Made by a program: the position numbers and the translations under genes. From Vermamoeba vermiformis (taxonomy: Eukaryota), in contig JBEWZL010000109.1 of assembly GCA_045837725.1 (NCBI GenBank), positions 372,001 through 436,000 of the forward strand: a DNA stretch of 64,000 nt, given 5' to 3'. Below the pieces are notes generated by a model. That model ran no database searches. It had not been told where the DNA came from and worked only from the letters and a program-made list of their open reading frames with translations. Of this stretch, positions 35,829 through 49,338 are shown in pieces; within the stretch, counting starts at the first letter, position 1; the number at the start of each line of letters is the position of its first letter.

Positions 35829-38683
35829 CTACTCTTTCCAGCAGTTCAAACAAATCTTCGTTTTCAGGCCTTTCTTTTTGATACACTTCGTGCACACGAT
35901 TCTGTTGCACTTTGAGCACTGTTTTTTATCCTAGTAATTCATTCATATTAATATCAACCCTATATAATCATACTACTCGGCATTGTTAATTAATACATAC
36001 CTTTTTCTTTGAGCAATCGCTATTGCAAAGCATGCAGTTGTTGACTGAATCCATGGGCAGAGGTGGAGGTAGACCGCCGGGAGGCAACGACAGACTGCTA
36101 GGTGGAGGAGGCAGTGAGTCTGGAGGAGGAGGAGGCAGGGAGCCTGGTGGTGGTGGTAAGGAGGACGATGAGCCTAATGGCGGAGGTAACGCTGAGCCGG
36201 GTGGTGGAGGCAGATCCGACGTCGGATCTTCTTTCAACACTCCTTTTTGGATCAATGTTTCTGTAGCAGAGCGCTATTAATATCCTTGTTGTTCGCAACA
36301 ACATCCATTATACGTACCTTTCTTAACTCGCGTTTTGAAAAACTTCGATAATTTGTTTTTGACTTTCTCTTTTTTCTTTTTCTTCGCGTCGTCCACGGGT
36401 TCAGCGGTTTGAGGTGGTGGAGGCATGGAAGAGGGAGGTAATGGCAAGTTAGTTGAAGGCGGTGGTGGTGGCATTGAGCCAGGAGGTGGTGGTGGCATGC
36501 CTCCAGGTGGCGGAGGGAAGTGCGAAGGTGGCAAATTGGACGGCGGTGGCAAGTGTGAAGGTGGTGGCAGTGACATGGACTCGCTGCTGCTGGGTGATTT
36601 GGGTGATTGGCGACCAGGACTGATCATTGAGTCTGGCGGGGGCGGTGGCAGAAAACTGTCGCTGGCTGAACCTAAATTACCGCGTGTCAAAACTTCCGCG
36701 TACACGTGACTTTTCAACAAAAAAATCTATATTTGTAATATACTATATATACTAAGTGCTTATATATTAGATAGTAGGTGTCGGGTATATATATAATATA
36801 GTATAGGTATTAGTATATTATTATTAGTATTGTTGATTACGTGTTAAAAATATATTGGGATACACACTATTATCTTTACCGAGCAAAAATCCCCCGACAG
36901 GCGCACTAGACCGCGATCTGTTTTTAAAGTCAAGTTTTTTCTTATTGCTAATGCCACCCGATGAGGCCATGCGCATTGGACCCGGATCCTCTGGTGCTGC
37001 TTCTTCGTCAGGCTTGTTGCCCGTTTGTCTCAAATTGACTTTTGCAAATTCGGGAATCTCCTCTGACATGGCTGTATTATACCATAATTAGCAATTATAT
37101 TTAATTTGACCCGAGAAAAATGAATCAAATCGTAATCTGCCGCAGAATCCTGCTGTATTTCGACCAGAAATAGATCGTTATTGGTTCTATTATAGTACAT
37201 TATATATGACTATAAGCACGTACGTCTCTTTTTAATATCTGATGCTGAAGCAGAAGAAGTTCGTAATTTTACGGCAGTTGGATCAAACATGGCCATTGGT
37301 CGACCACCATCCATCATTCGAACACGCTAAATTAAGTAATACCGATGATTAGTATTATTTTCCATATTAGGAAACTAATGCTATGATTAATTTTCATGAA
37401 CGATTGACGTACTGGTTTGTCTGGTGTTGTTTCGCCATTTTCACCTGATTCTCCTGCAGTACCTAATTATAATTAAATTAATATATTATTATTTTACTAT
37501 ATTTATATTGCTAATATTTACGGCCGTAATGAATTAACAAAAATATCTGGCAAAATTATTACGGCAAGATCTTTTCGTTAGGTGGAAAAATTAATCCGTA
37601 ATTAACCGAAATATCGATAATTAAGCCTTCTTATAGTCATGTCTGTATTCAATATTGACGAGTAATTGCAATTATTTACCTTCAGCGCCAATTTCGCCTG
37701 ACGTCGTGGTGCTCGCCTCGGGAGTTTCAAGTGTTCCTGGTGCTCGGTGTCCTCGGCTCGGAGGTCTTCGATTATTACGTTGAACACGTGCTCGGCTCAC
37801 ATTTGGCTATAAAAGGAAAATATGCCCAAATTAGGAATGTTCTCCATGTGTCAAGATCAAAATTTGCAATTCGTGATTTCAATGTGGTACAATTGAATAA
37901 ATTATATGAGGTGCTCTATCAATATTAACACTAGTATAATAATTAAGCCTGAATTTACGTAATTTATGCAATATATAAAAAAGAATTTTTTTCGCTCGTG
38001 GAACGAAATTCAGATCGAGTTGGCAGCTTATCAAAAGCGATTTAAATTTTAATTTCATATTCAATAAAATTTTTGCAATAGTTTCGATAGACTTACGCTT
38101 GATAGAGTTGGACCAGCGCTTGCTGTTAGCGAATCAAAGAGATGCTGCGTTTTTTTCTTATCATAATCGATGAGCGTGTGATAGGTCCTGACATATGCTT
38201 GTATCAGACTAGCAGCATCGTTTCTATTTTTTTCTTCAATTGCTTGTTTTTCCTCTTCGGTTAGTTCAATCTGCGGTGGTGGAATCTCAATCTGCTGTGG
38301 TTCACTTCCTTCAATCGGCGTACTCCAATCATCTTCTATAGGTGGTGGTATATTATCGCTTGTTTCGCTTGGTTGCGGTGGTAAAGGTAAAGAAACGGCA
38401 TCCGTTTCAGGTTGTGCAGGTAAATCTGGCAAAGTTGGGGGAAGAGGCAGACTTTCGGGAATATTAGGTGTTTCTTGTGCTATGGGAGGAGGCAGGAATC
38501 TATAATAACATAATTAATATCATTTAATTGCGTAATTAATTCAGCGAGGTTTGATCAACGGAAAAAATTTTAATTTAATTATCAACGAAATCAAAAGCTG
38601 AGTATGAAAATGAATATATACCCAACATCCATAGGTGGTAATGGTAGTTCCATTGGAGGCGGGGGTAAGGAGGGAAGATCCAT
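35829..38683 (-). CDS. Proline-rich actin-regulator-like protein: IQ, CPI-like, WH2-like motifs, RPEL-like, C-terminal FYVE-like zinc finger
   Basis: AASLIQAYVRTY; LSS|PNVSRARVQRNNRRPPSR; FDPTAVKLRTS; IPEFAKVNLRQTG; polyPro; KLSKFFKTRVKK|ETLIQKGVLKE; CMLC..CSKCNRIVCTKC..ICLNC. Confidence 0.72.
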
Positions 38684-39114
38684 TATTTTGAGTATGATAA
38701 TGCAATCTGCAGTACACTTTAGATTATTGCGAGGATAATCGAATGATATGCACTAATATATAAAAAATAGATATGGCTATGTTGTATCACTCGCACTGCT
38801 GGTTTAGACGATTCACTAAAACGGTTTTTTGGCATTATGAAGCTGTGCCGCGAGATTATTGCGAGATTAATCCACGAGACCACAAATGCATGTAATTTAC
38901 GTAATTTATAGTACATACAAACACTTATACTCTTATTTTACAAACTTTTATGAAACTACAAAGCTGGATGGGGCAAAAAGTGCGGTAAACGTAAATTTGA
39001 TGTTCTTTCTCGTGCGTTCGCCTCAGGGTTTAGCGAAGGTACTATTTATAAGTAATAAATAAGTATTACCGTTGTTTCTTGCTTTTTTGTTAGTTTATTA
39101 TTCCAACAAAACAG

Positions 39115-40575
39115 ATGGACACAGAAGGCATCGTAAAAGTTTTAACTGAGGCTCGCACAGAGATCGATCAATTCAAGTTTGAAGAAGGTGCGAAGCTTTT
39201 GCAAGGCCTGCTTGATGGCCGCAAAGAAAATCCCCTTGTGGAACAGTTCGCATCCGTAATCGAAGGCTGGATCGGCGAAGCTCTCTTCGGATGTGGTCGT
39301 GTAGCTGAATCTATCCCTCATTTAGAGCTGGCTTATAAAATGTCTGAAGAAAATAGCGACCCTGAAGGCCTTGAAATGTTTGCAATGAAGCTCTATGAAG
39401 CGCACCGTTTCCTAGGCGACAAATCCGCGTATGAAAGCTGCTTGAAATTAGTAGAATTATTCAAAAAATATAATAAGCCTGATCTACAAAAGACATTCGA
39501 GAACCAAGCAAAAGTTTTGAGCAAAGGCGAGCCATTAAACAGAATTGCATTAGAAGTTGACGGTGTCAGCTATGAACTCGATGGTAAATTCTATTTATAT
39601 TATATAACGATATAACAATATTAAACACATATTATAATACGTTTATTTTATTTAATACTAATTTTTGAACAAATTTTGATCTTGGATCTGATCTTTTTCT
39701 CTTTAGCTATCAACGAGATTCCAGATTTGAAGACAAAAACAGTCAAATTCAATTTTATTCGCAACAGACCAACTATTCCACTCGCTTTACATTACATCAC
39801 TGCCGGTCGATCGCATCTCGCAAAGGGTGAATACGAACAAGCCCTAGTTCAATACCACACTGCTATTAAAGTCGACCCATACGACCCTACTGCTAAATAC
39901 GAAGAGGCTATTACATACTTGTTGGCTCAACGTTTCGCGGACGGCCTTGAAGCCCTAGAAAAGGTTCGTACCGGCTGCATCCAGATGTCGGCTTAAATCA
40001 TCGTCAATATTAACGGAATGCTTTTAGGTCGAGCAATTAGCTCCTGGTTGGTTCTTAGTGAAACAATATATTTGGATTGCTAGAAAATTAATCGAGAATA
40101 CAATGAGCTACAATACTTTCCAAGTGATCCGTGCACTCGAAGAAGCCAATTTTGGTGTTGAGAAGCAAATTAATGTCAGCGAGAAGTTATTGGTCACTGC
40201 ACCATTAGCTGTGCTTCATTTACAACTAGGCAAGGCTTTGCAACTGAATAACAATGCTGAGCGAGCTGAAGCTAGCTTCAGGTACGTCTTAATATCATTT
40301 AAACAGCAAATATACTACAAATCTATAATATGAAGCACATAAAAATGCTATAATAAGCATTACTAAACCGGTTTCTAACATCGCGTACTGGATTTAGAGC
40401 TGGCCTTGAAAAAACAGATGTTGATGCATGCACTCGCACAAGACTATTATTTGCATTGGCTACAGCTACTTCTAACAAAGAAGAGAAGCACAAACTGCTT
40501 GAAGAGGCTGTGCACTTGAAAGGCCACTTGCCCACTGTTGCGATCTCTTTAGTAACTCAAGCGATTGAGAAATAA
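39115..40575 (+). CDS. TPR-repeat protein
   Basis: Four exons; TPR helices such as GRSHLAKGEYEQALVQYHTAIKVDP and LHLQLGKALQLNNNAERAEASFR. Confidence 0.78.
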
Positions 40576-40734
40576 AGGCGATTAAACGATTTTATACTCA
40601 TATGCTTGTTATATTACATTACTACCCAGGGCAACAAACTGGATCCTTTAAAATTACAAGCTTTTTGTTCCTGCTCGGTTATTCATTTTGCTTCCAAGTA
40701 GGGACTAGTGTAATTATTATTATATATTAATATC

Positions 40735-41519
40735 ATGGAGCAACTACGTAATATGCTGCGGCTTGGTAACGCTGCAGATGATCTCAACTCTGTAAGATCA
40801 ATGTTCGGACTGGGCGAAGTTCCACAACAACAGCCAGGTCTATTATCAGAAGTTAGCTCGTCAATGAGTTTTACTACGGTAATTATAGCCTCTAAAGCGC
40901 TGTCGGATCTAGCGGCGAATTAAAAATTTAATTTTTCATAATTTCTAATATTTACAAAAATTAGAGAGTGATCGGATTTGTAATCAGCTTAATTATTGGT
41001 ATCGGAATGCTATTTATGGTAAGCCAAAAGATTTTCTAGGTCAAAATGTGTGAATGCTGACGTCAGATGTCCTTTAGAGCACCTTCTTCTTGCTCATTCC
41101 TCGTCAATTTGCAAAGTTCTATACACTAGGCACGATATGCTTGCTCGGCAGGTACGAAGCAAATTGTTTATGCAAGATCCAGTCAACTAACCAAACTATC
41201 TGAAAATATCAGTATTATATTCTTAGTTGGCATTAAGAGCCTTCTATCGACGTTATTCTCGAAAGAGCGATATATTTCAACCACTGTATACTTATTATCG
41301 CTATTTGGCACGCTCTATTCTGCTCTCATCGTAAGTACATCCGTCCTTTTACCTCCTTCTTCGACCCTTATTAATCGATATATTTAGATGCAAGCGTTCT
41401 TATTATCACTTATCCTTGTGATTATTCAAATTGCCGCAACAATATGGCTCGGCGCAAGTTTTATTCCGTTCGCGCAAAGTTGCTTGCGATCTTCAGTCGG
41501 ATCAGTCTTGCCAGTTTAA
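40735..41519 (+). CDS. SFT2: Vesicle transport protein SFT2 (Got1/Sft2 family)
   Basis: Five exons: SFTT|RVIGF, PRQFAKFYTLG, FLVG, FSKERYISTTVYLLSLFGTLYSAL and WLGASFIPFA; four TM segments. Confidence 0.85.
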
Positions 41520-41583
41520 TCTTGGAACCGAATCAAGTTATTGTAAATATAACAAGCAATTACTTAGTCTTTTAAAAGTAAAT

Positions 41584-43353
41584 CTAATGTTTATAATACT
41601 CCTGAGAATTGATCGTTGGAGTAGGCTCGTCCAGTAGTCTTTGGAACTCATCGGCTGGCTTAGGCTTGCGCAGTTTGAGGACCAATAGGACTGCTACCAA
41701 TATAAGAACGGCACCTATAATCGATCCGCTAATAATCCAATCAATTGTCGAGTCTTTCTGGTCCGCAGGAGCATTGACAGGTGTCACCACAGGCGAGTTC
41801 TGATCGGTCGGTGCCTCGCTTGGACTTGCGACCGGCTCTGGCTCACTAATGGGTGTATGTGGCACGGGGACTGGGGGTGAAATTGGAGCCACGGGAGGTT
41901 CTACTGGCGGCTTTACAGGTGGTTGAACAGGTGGGGTAACTGGAGGGTTTGTTGGAGGTTCTACGGGCGGCTGAACAGGTGGATTAACTGGCGGTTCTAC
42001 AGGAGGGTTCACGGGAGGCTCTATAGGTGGATTGACAGGTGGTTCAACTGGAGGATTGACTGGAGGCTCTACAGGAGGGTTGACAGGCGGGTTCGTTGGT
42101 GGCTCGACAGGAGGAGTGATAGGTGGATTAGACATCAGTGTATACAAGTCGAATTGCTGGTAGCTCGTGCACGAAGGCGAGGTACATATGACCGCAAAGA
42201 GGCTCGATGAGTTTTGATAAAACAACGTGACGGCACTGCCTTGAATAGACGAGGTCACTTGAGGGGTGAAACTCGCGTCAGTAGCACTTGACAGGAGTAA
42301 TGATTGCACATTCGAGGATGAGCAGTCTTGTGCGTTGCAATACAAGTAACGGACGCTACTAGTAGCACCATTTAACGGGTCTTGCGTGCCCGACCAATAT
42401 ATTCAACTGGCCATCGACTATGGAGGCTTCCATCGTGCAAGTCTGGTTCGTAATAGGTAGTAGCTGACGGTCATATGCGATGGTATAGTTATCCGTGTTG
42501 ATATTAGCAACTAGAAGACCAGACCAACAGCCTTGAACATATGAAGTCCATTCATTATCGAGTGAGGTGCGTGCAATTATGTCATAGTCGCTGGGGCTTC
42601 CATATTGTTGAAGAATAGTCCAAGCATAGCAATTTATATCGGAGCACGTAATGATCTGGACTGAGTCTTGAATTGACGAGATGACGGGAAGAGTTGTGTT
42701 TGGATCGATCTGGATGTCGATGTCGTAGATAGTTGAAAGCTCAATATTCGTCTTATCTCTTCTAAAATAATTATTTTGCATATTGTATCTGATATAGAAG
42801 ATCATTGGCTCGTAATCTGCAATTGCCAAGTGAAGTGTATCATTGCTATCGATTGTAACGGCAAAAATATCGTTCGTACCGCTATTTCTAACTGTAGTTT
42901 TTGTAGCAGATGCACATGTAACGTCATTGCAATAGAGCGCTTTGAGAGATCCGCCATTTTGATAAAGCAAGATTGCTAATTTCGAGAGTGGGCTTACAAC
43001 GGCTTGTAATGAATTAAATAATGTCTGTTCCACTTGTCTAATAATTATATTGCTCGAGCAGGACCCTTTAGGGCAATAGGCAATGCAAATACCGGTGCTA
43101 TTAAAATAATTTTTTTGACATCCGTGCGCGATCAGAATGTCTCCTGCATCTCCAACTGTCACTGCTTGTGCTAAATTTCTACGACCTAAAAATATTAATT
43201 AATACAATATTTAATAATAAAATTAACGCAAAGAATCGGATGTTGAAATCTGTTTTAGGAGCTTTACTTACCGTAAACGGGTAAAATTACTAATAACAAT
43301 ATTAGGGAGGCAGTCAATATAAGCAACCGTTGCGTTGATCTGTAATGCAGCAT
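41584..43353 (-). CDS. Type I membrane protein: signal peptide, C-x4-C repeats, PPV(N/E) stalk, TM, dileucine tail (+1 frameshift ~42390)
   Basis: Hydrophobic leader exon; repeats LYCNDVTC, ITCSDINC, LYCNAQDC, VICTSPSC; TM WIISGSIIGAVLILVAVLLVL; tail DEFQRLL. Confidence 0.75.
41890..42128 (-). repeat. Coding 12-nt tandem repeat (PPVN/PPVE/PPVQ)
   Basis: About 19 consecutive PP-x-x tetrapeptides. Confidence 0.9.
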
Positions 43354-43611
43354 CTGATCCTGACACGTGTCAAACTGAAATTGCTTGCATTATCTTAGTT
43401 GTTGTCAATTGATGTGTCAGCTTGAAGTCGATTCTCAGTCGGACCTAAAATTAGAGTTCAAAATAGCCTCCGAGAGAAATATCTTTGGAAAAGTTGGTTT
43501 GTTGATTTGGTAACCACCAACCAAACATTAAATTTGTTTGATCTGCGGACACGACCACGCATAAAATGGGACCAGTCGCATGTCTTCATTCACTTTATTT
43601 TGCAAGCAGCG

Positions 43612-44461
43612 ATGAACAGTCCGGAAAAGAAAGAAGAAGACGAGACTATGGACGTCGAAACAGATGAATCGGATTCAGAGTCGGAGGAGCTCGAATACGA
43701 CTCTGAGTACGACGATATTGTCGATGAGTAAGTTTTTACGAACAATCCTTCGAATAAAATTTAAATTATCGAGCAGAATGGAGTTTGCACTGGAACTCCT
43801 CCCGATGCCGTTTGGATTTGACGAAGAGAACCCTTGGAAAGATGATTTCCGCGAGGGATCGTCAGGTTAACCAACAAAATTTTGTCCGCGTTTTGCACGT
43901 TACTTTACGAATGCAAGAATATTGTCCCGCGATTCGATCTCGCTTGAATTCTTGAGCCAAGCGATTAATGAATCACACCATGTACATATTCAAAAAAAAA
44001 CCTATAAAAAAATTTATCTATGCAGGCAATTGTATCATCTGTAACAACGCTGCGTTTGTTTTATCCAGATCAAGCTCAAATCGTTCGAAAGCGCTGTTTA
44101 ATGCTGCCGTTTGCGGGAGGCAGAAGAATAAACATTAGAATACACAGTGCACGGCAAGGAGCCTCGATTTGCCACTAGAGACCAATGCCCTTCCATTTTT
44201 GGATTACGCCATTGGTCAGCATTATTTAAAGAGCGGCCAATTGAATCAGTAGGCACCTCCCTTAACAAATTTCAATTTACTATGCAATAGAATGCACAGT
44301 TTATTTCGCTACACGACGAGTACATTTATGCTCGAAATGGAACGGATCTGTTCTTCTTCGGATAATTGCTTCACGACTCTGGTACAACTTGCCCACGAGG
44401 ATTTTAGACCTTAACCACCTTCTTGTACTAATGTTGTGTTTTAGAAATGAAATTTACCTAA
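43612..44461 (+). pseudogene. Degenerate intron-containing gene with acidic N-terminus
   Basis: MNSPEKKEEDETMDVE.. exon with GTAAGT donor; later exon-like blocks (44070-44248, 44291-44381) have splice signals but in-frame TAA stops. Confidence 0.4.
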
Positions 44462-44644
44462 ATACAGCGAAACTGTTGGCCGGCTTATTTTTAGAAAGAA
44501 TGGACCAATCGCATTTTGCCGGTAGTTCCCAATTAAAAATCGATGTTTCTTTACTCTATCAAGCAAAATTAACATGAACACCACATTAAATTAAGGTTGA
44601 CTTAAGTATAGCTTGGATTTAAGTGAAATGTGCTTTATGCCGGC

Positions 44645-47191
44645 ATGAAGCTCGTTAGAATTGATCTGATCTCGCTTATTATATTATTGCTCGCGAGGGC
44701 ATGCATAAATATAGCATTGGAGCCTATTGTCACTTACGACGAAGCTCTTTCAATCGACCTACGAACAAAGGATTGCACGATCACCGTTACAAAACCGGAA
44801 GAAGTTTCAAACATCGTTTCTTCAGCTCAACAAGGTAATATTTTATTTTTGGCAAACTTAAGTGAATTTATATGACGTGCAAAACGCTCAGGGTAATCCT
44901 GATCAAGACAAAATATAAAAATTATTTTTATTTAATCAGTCCGAATTGATAATTATCCAGGTTCTTTACTAATATTATGGATATTATACTGCAGTATAAT
45001 ATCGTTTACTAATGAATATTCAGGGGATGTAATTTGTTTGTTGCCTGGACTATTTTATCCGGCCCTCTCTTTGACGGAGAATCCTGCACGAGCAAATACT
45101 ACGGATTATATTACTATACGAGTGAATGATGTCAGTCTACTGCCTCCACCTGGTATAAGGATATCCAATGCTTACGAAAGCGTTCTACCTAAAATTGGCA
45201 GATCCGTTATCGAAGGAAGTACGTACCAAAAAGATAACGCTATTGATAACATACTTTTAATAATAATTAACTTAGTAGTAGTACTAAATATGGACCATGT
45301 CTAACGTGGTTGTAAAACTGAACTCTGATAATTCGTTCTAAATATAGATGTGCACCACATTGCCTTTCTTGGAATCGATTTTTACGCGCAAGTGGCGAAC
45401 GCCTTTAGTATAGAGCTGAGACCTATCAACACAACGAACGCGCCGCACCATGTCATTATGGATCGGTGCCTATTTAGAAGTTCTGTTCAGTTGTTTGCGG
45501 CGACTTCTTTCTCAGGCCAGTACATTGCACTATTAAACTCGCATATTACGGGTAAAATAATTCAATATTTAATTCGTAGAAATTATTTGGCTAATTTATT
45601 TTTTTTTGTAGCCGCTGCCTCTTTTGCTACGTATATCGCTGGCGGCTCTGTTATAAAGATCCAAAATAATTATTATGATTTTGAGGGTGTTTTCTTGAAA
45701 ATATCATCTTCCGTTGTGACCAACTCCGATATCGAGATCCGCTACAACAGATTCGAAAAGCGAGGACCGTAAGTACTCCAATGTTGTACCTATTATTGTT
45801 ATTAACAATGTAATAAGTACTAGTAACAATTTTGGGTTTGGTTTATTCCTTTATGAACGAGTATTGATCGAGAGTAACTTCATCGGTACGTGCCACTTTC
45901 ATGATCCGAAAACTTACTTATTTAATTATTTCATTCAGCACCTTCGAAGTTGGACTTGAATATTTATAGTGACTTAATATTGTTTATGAACGATATTGGG
46001 CCTTGCTATCAGCGAGATTTTATTTTTAGAAACAATTGGGCAGAAAACTTTGTGAGAGGTAATTTTTAGTTGAATCATTTATAATTATTAAAGTTAAATC
46101 ATATTTATACAAAAAGGATTACTAAAGATTTTTCCCCAGGTTTTGGTATTTACCCAACAACTAATATATCTGGATCTGTCGCGATGGAGTACTCGATCCA
46201 AGATAATTTTTTGAAAGAAGGCAGTCAGATTATTCCATATTCATCGGGTACAGCTATTAATTTTACTCAAAATACTGTCTTAAATGGGCGCGGATCATAT
46301 TTTAGTGGCATTTACCCAAGGGATCTCAATTACGTCAGTTTCAACTTTGAGCGGAATATTATTGAAGCAGGAGAGTATGGTCTCGCTACTACTAATTTTA
46401 TTCCTATTGTGGATATAATTGGACCACAAAATTGGAATTGGCAAGATAATCTCGTAATTACAAGTACGTTCATAGGAACTTTTCCAAATAATACTTTGCT
46501 GGAATATAACATGACCGACGTTGGTTTTGTTGATATGGAAAATGATAACTATAACTTGCTGCCATCAAGTAAATATAGTGCGGAGAATTATGGCATGCAA
46601 TTAGGCGTGGATATTTGCAAGTTAATTAACACTGCAAAGCTTAATATTGTCGTACCTGACTGTCCACTAGATAGCGTTAATTTACAGCCAAATGAGGTTA
46701 TAGAGATCACAACCGACCTTACCATAAATGGAAATCTGACAATGTACCCAAACTCGACGTTACAAGTGCCGTTCGATGACGGCAAACTTAACGTCTCGAA
46801 CTGTGCAGATTTTGCGGGAATTTTAAATTTGGTGAATACTGCAAACGTTGAAAATGGTACGGAGGTTATTATAGCCTACTATGGATGCTATGGTGGTGGA
46901 GAATTCGACGAAATTTCATTGGTTGACGAATCGGAAGATCCGTGTTTGTTAAAATATGTCAAATTGACATATGCACCAACATATTTATCAGCAACAATAA
47001 CAATTGTCAACACATGCAACGACAGTAATAACAATACGCAACAACTTCCTGGTTGGGCCATAGCAGTGATCATTATCGGCAGCTGTTTGGTGCTCGCAGT
47101 AATATTCATAGTCATTTCTGTGACAGTGGGCCCATGTAAAACGAAAAAGTTCTCAGTTTTTTTACAAAATATATATAATAAGAATAAATGA
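44645..47191 (+). CDS. Beta-helix (pectin-lyase-like fold) type I membrane protein, copy A
   Basis: Signal peptide; seven exons in frame; QQG|DVICL, LPPPGIRISNAYESVLPKI, PHHVIMDRC, DVGFVDMENDNYNLLPSSKY..LGVDI; Cys-rich juxtamembrane domain; TM. Confidence 0.72.
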
Positions 47192-47388
47192 GCCAGTCCA
47201 CTGTTGTTGTACAAATCTTGTGTTGGTGAATTCACCAGGGATTAAGCGGATCTGGCACTTTTTCGGTTGTCGTTCTAACTTAAGTAAATATCTGTATTTA
47301 TTACTCAAACACTTGCAAAGTTATTTTTCATATAATGCATGATTATTGAACAAGACCTTAACAAAACACGTTTTGTTTCATTCGAAAT

Positions 47389-49052
47389 TTAGATCAACAG
47401 ATCGAAACGCGATTTATTTGTTGTATCAGAATCGAGTTTTCGTATTTCTTTTGCAGCAATTATAAGGTACTTGTTACTTTGATGTATTTTCAAGATCTCG
47501 GTAAGTTCGTCTTTTGTAGAACGAGCACCAAGAGTGATTAGTTTCCTTACGTTGTTGGTATAATCCTGATAACCGCCTTGTTAAAAACATCCGTTTTCTT
47601 TTATTCCTGCCAATATCACTCTTTGTAAAAGCTGACCATCGGCGAGGGAAGTCCTCGGGTATTGTTGCGCCGCGATCCACAAGGAAATCAAATATTTCGA
47701 AATCGCTACACAGTAACACGGAATCAACGACAGTCATCTATTTTATGTTAATTTGTGAGTATAACAATAATGACTTATGTTTCTATAGTCAGTTACTTAC
47801 GTTTGCGAAAACATTCCGGATGCGCTTGGTGCTCGGAACAAATACTCCACGTATACAGACCTCGTCTATTGGATGATTAATATCCCATTTATATTCTGGG
47901 ATAATTCTTGGAAGTAAACCAGTGTTTTGAGGTAAGATCCAGCTCCCGAGTTTTTGCCGTTCTCCTAACAAAGTATAAGAATACTTTAATAATACATTTT
48001 TATCTACCTACATTACGCCTAATGAAGCTAACGAGATCTCTTTTCTTATTCAATTCGATCAGTTTAACCCACGCGTGATCTTCGTATTTTTTAAAGTTCC
48101 AACACCAACAAAGTTGTTTTTCGTTCTGGACGTTGTTTAAGCTCGTTGATATCATCAGTTGGCTTAAGAAACTGATCGGCAAAGATGAAATCGATAATTA
48201 TTGGTTTCTAGTGTTGCCAATCAGGAATTGTTCGTTATCAAGGTAGGCTACGTCCGTAACAAAAGACTAAAACGATGTTATTTAAGGTCATTAAATAGAT
48301 CATACTTACATTAATTATAAAGGCAAGAACCTTTTCTGCATTAGCAGCGTCAATTTGTTCGAGCAGATTCGATCTGCCAAGTTTTTTTTGGAGTTCTGGA
48401 TTGATAGGCCTTATTTGCTGTAGTATACTGTCGGACGTAATAGTAGGGAAATAAAATAGAAGCGAGTCAGCATCGTTATTATTGACTGCAAGCTAGAAAG
48501 TTGAATTGGATCAGTGACAGTTCATTTACGATTTGTTACATAACCTCAAATAATAAAATCGCAAGAAAAAACGTGTAGTATACATCATATCATTTCGTAC
48601 CTTAGCATGATATTCGATGAATTTCCGCCGCACGCGAGACGCTGAATGCAGTTTATGACAGGTAGATCTACAAATTTTTGTTATTCAGTCAGCTTCGGCG
48701 ATTTAAAATACGGAATGTGTAATGATATTATAGTAGCACCATTATTAGCTATCAGAACACTAATTAATTGTTTTGAACTCGAATAATTAAATCGCAAAAA
48801 TCTTCTAAAATTCAATTTGGCTTACTCGAGTAATTAATTATCAGCCTCGGTCCTTATTATATACTTACGGCGAATGATCGAATACACATTTTTTAAAGAC
48901 TAAATCTTCGTGCAATCGGGCGAGCAGATCTTTACAAGTGAATAACAACGCTCCAAAGTCTAATAGATCGATGTATTTTGCATAATTATAGAATAATTCT
49001 GTTGGTACATTTAGTGTGACCGCCGCTTATAACCCTTTAGTAGCGCTGCCAT
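47389..49052 (-). pseudogene. F-box/ankyrin-like gene, copy A (disrupted)
   Basis: Compared with copy B: 26-nt insertion after codon 5 giving TAA; indels near 48093, 48183 and 47900; deletion near 47578 removing the last intron and flanking exon bases. Confidence 0.85.
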
Positions 49053-49338
49053 TAGTGGTAATGGCCTGGGTAGTTCTAGAAAATTACGCCGTTGCATTTT
49101 ATTTGGCTCACAAAAATATCCACAAAGACAATAACCGAGCGAAAATTTATCGTATGCAATTAGATCACGACGCAACTACTGGAAAATATATTGAGTATTG
49201 CATAGCAATGTTACCGTCTGAGATAGAAACGCCTACCATTTGCTAGAGAGGCGATTCCATATATAGTTGATATATCAGGGAGTGTCCTGTTGTATGAGGA
49301 TTGTTTCCATAGTCGACTGTTACAAGCAACTCAAGCAT

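Noticed and set aside
36023-36709. Gly-rich plus-strand ORFs (also 13823-14194 and 41923-42210)
   Set aside because: Antisense of polyproline-coding exons.
41890-42128. CRISPR-like array
   Set aside because: Coding proline repeat without unique spacers, in a eukaryotic context.
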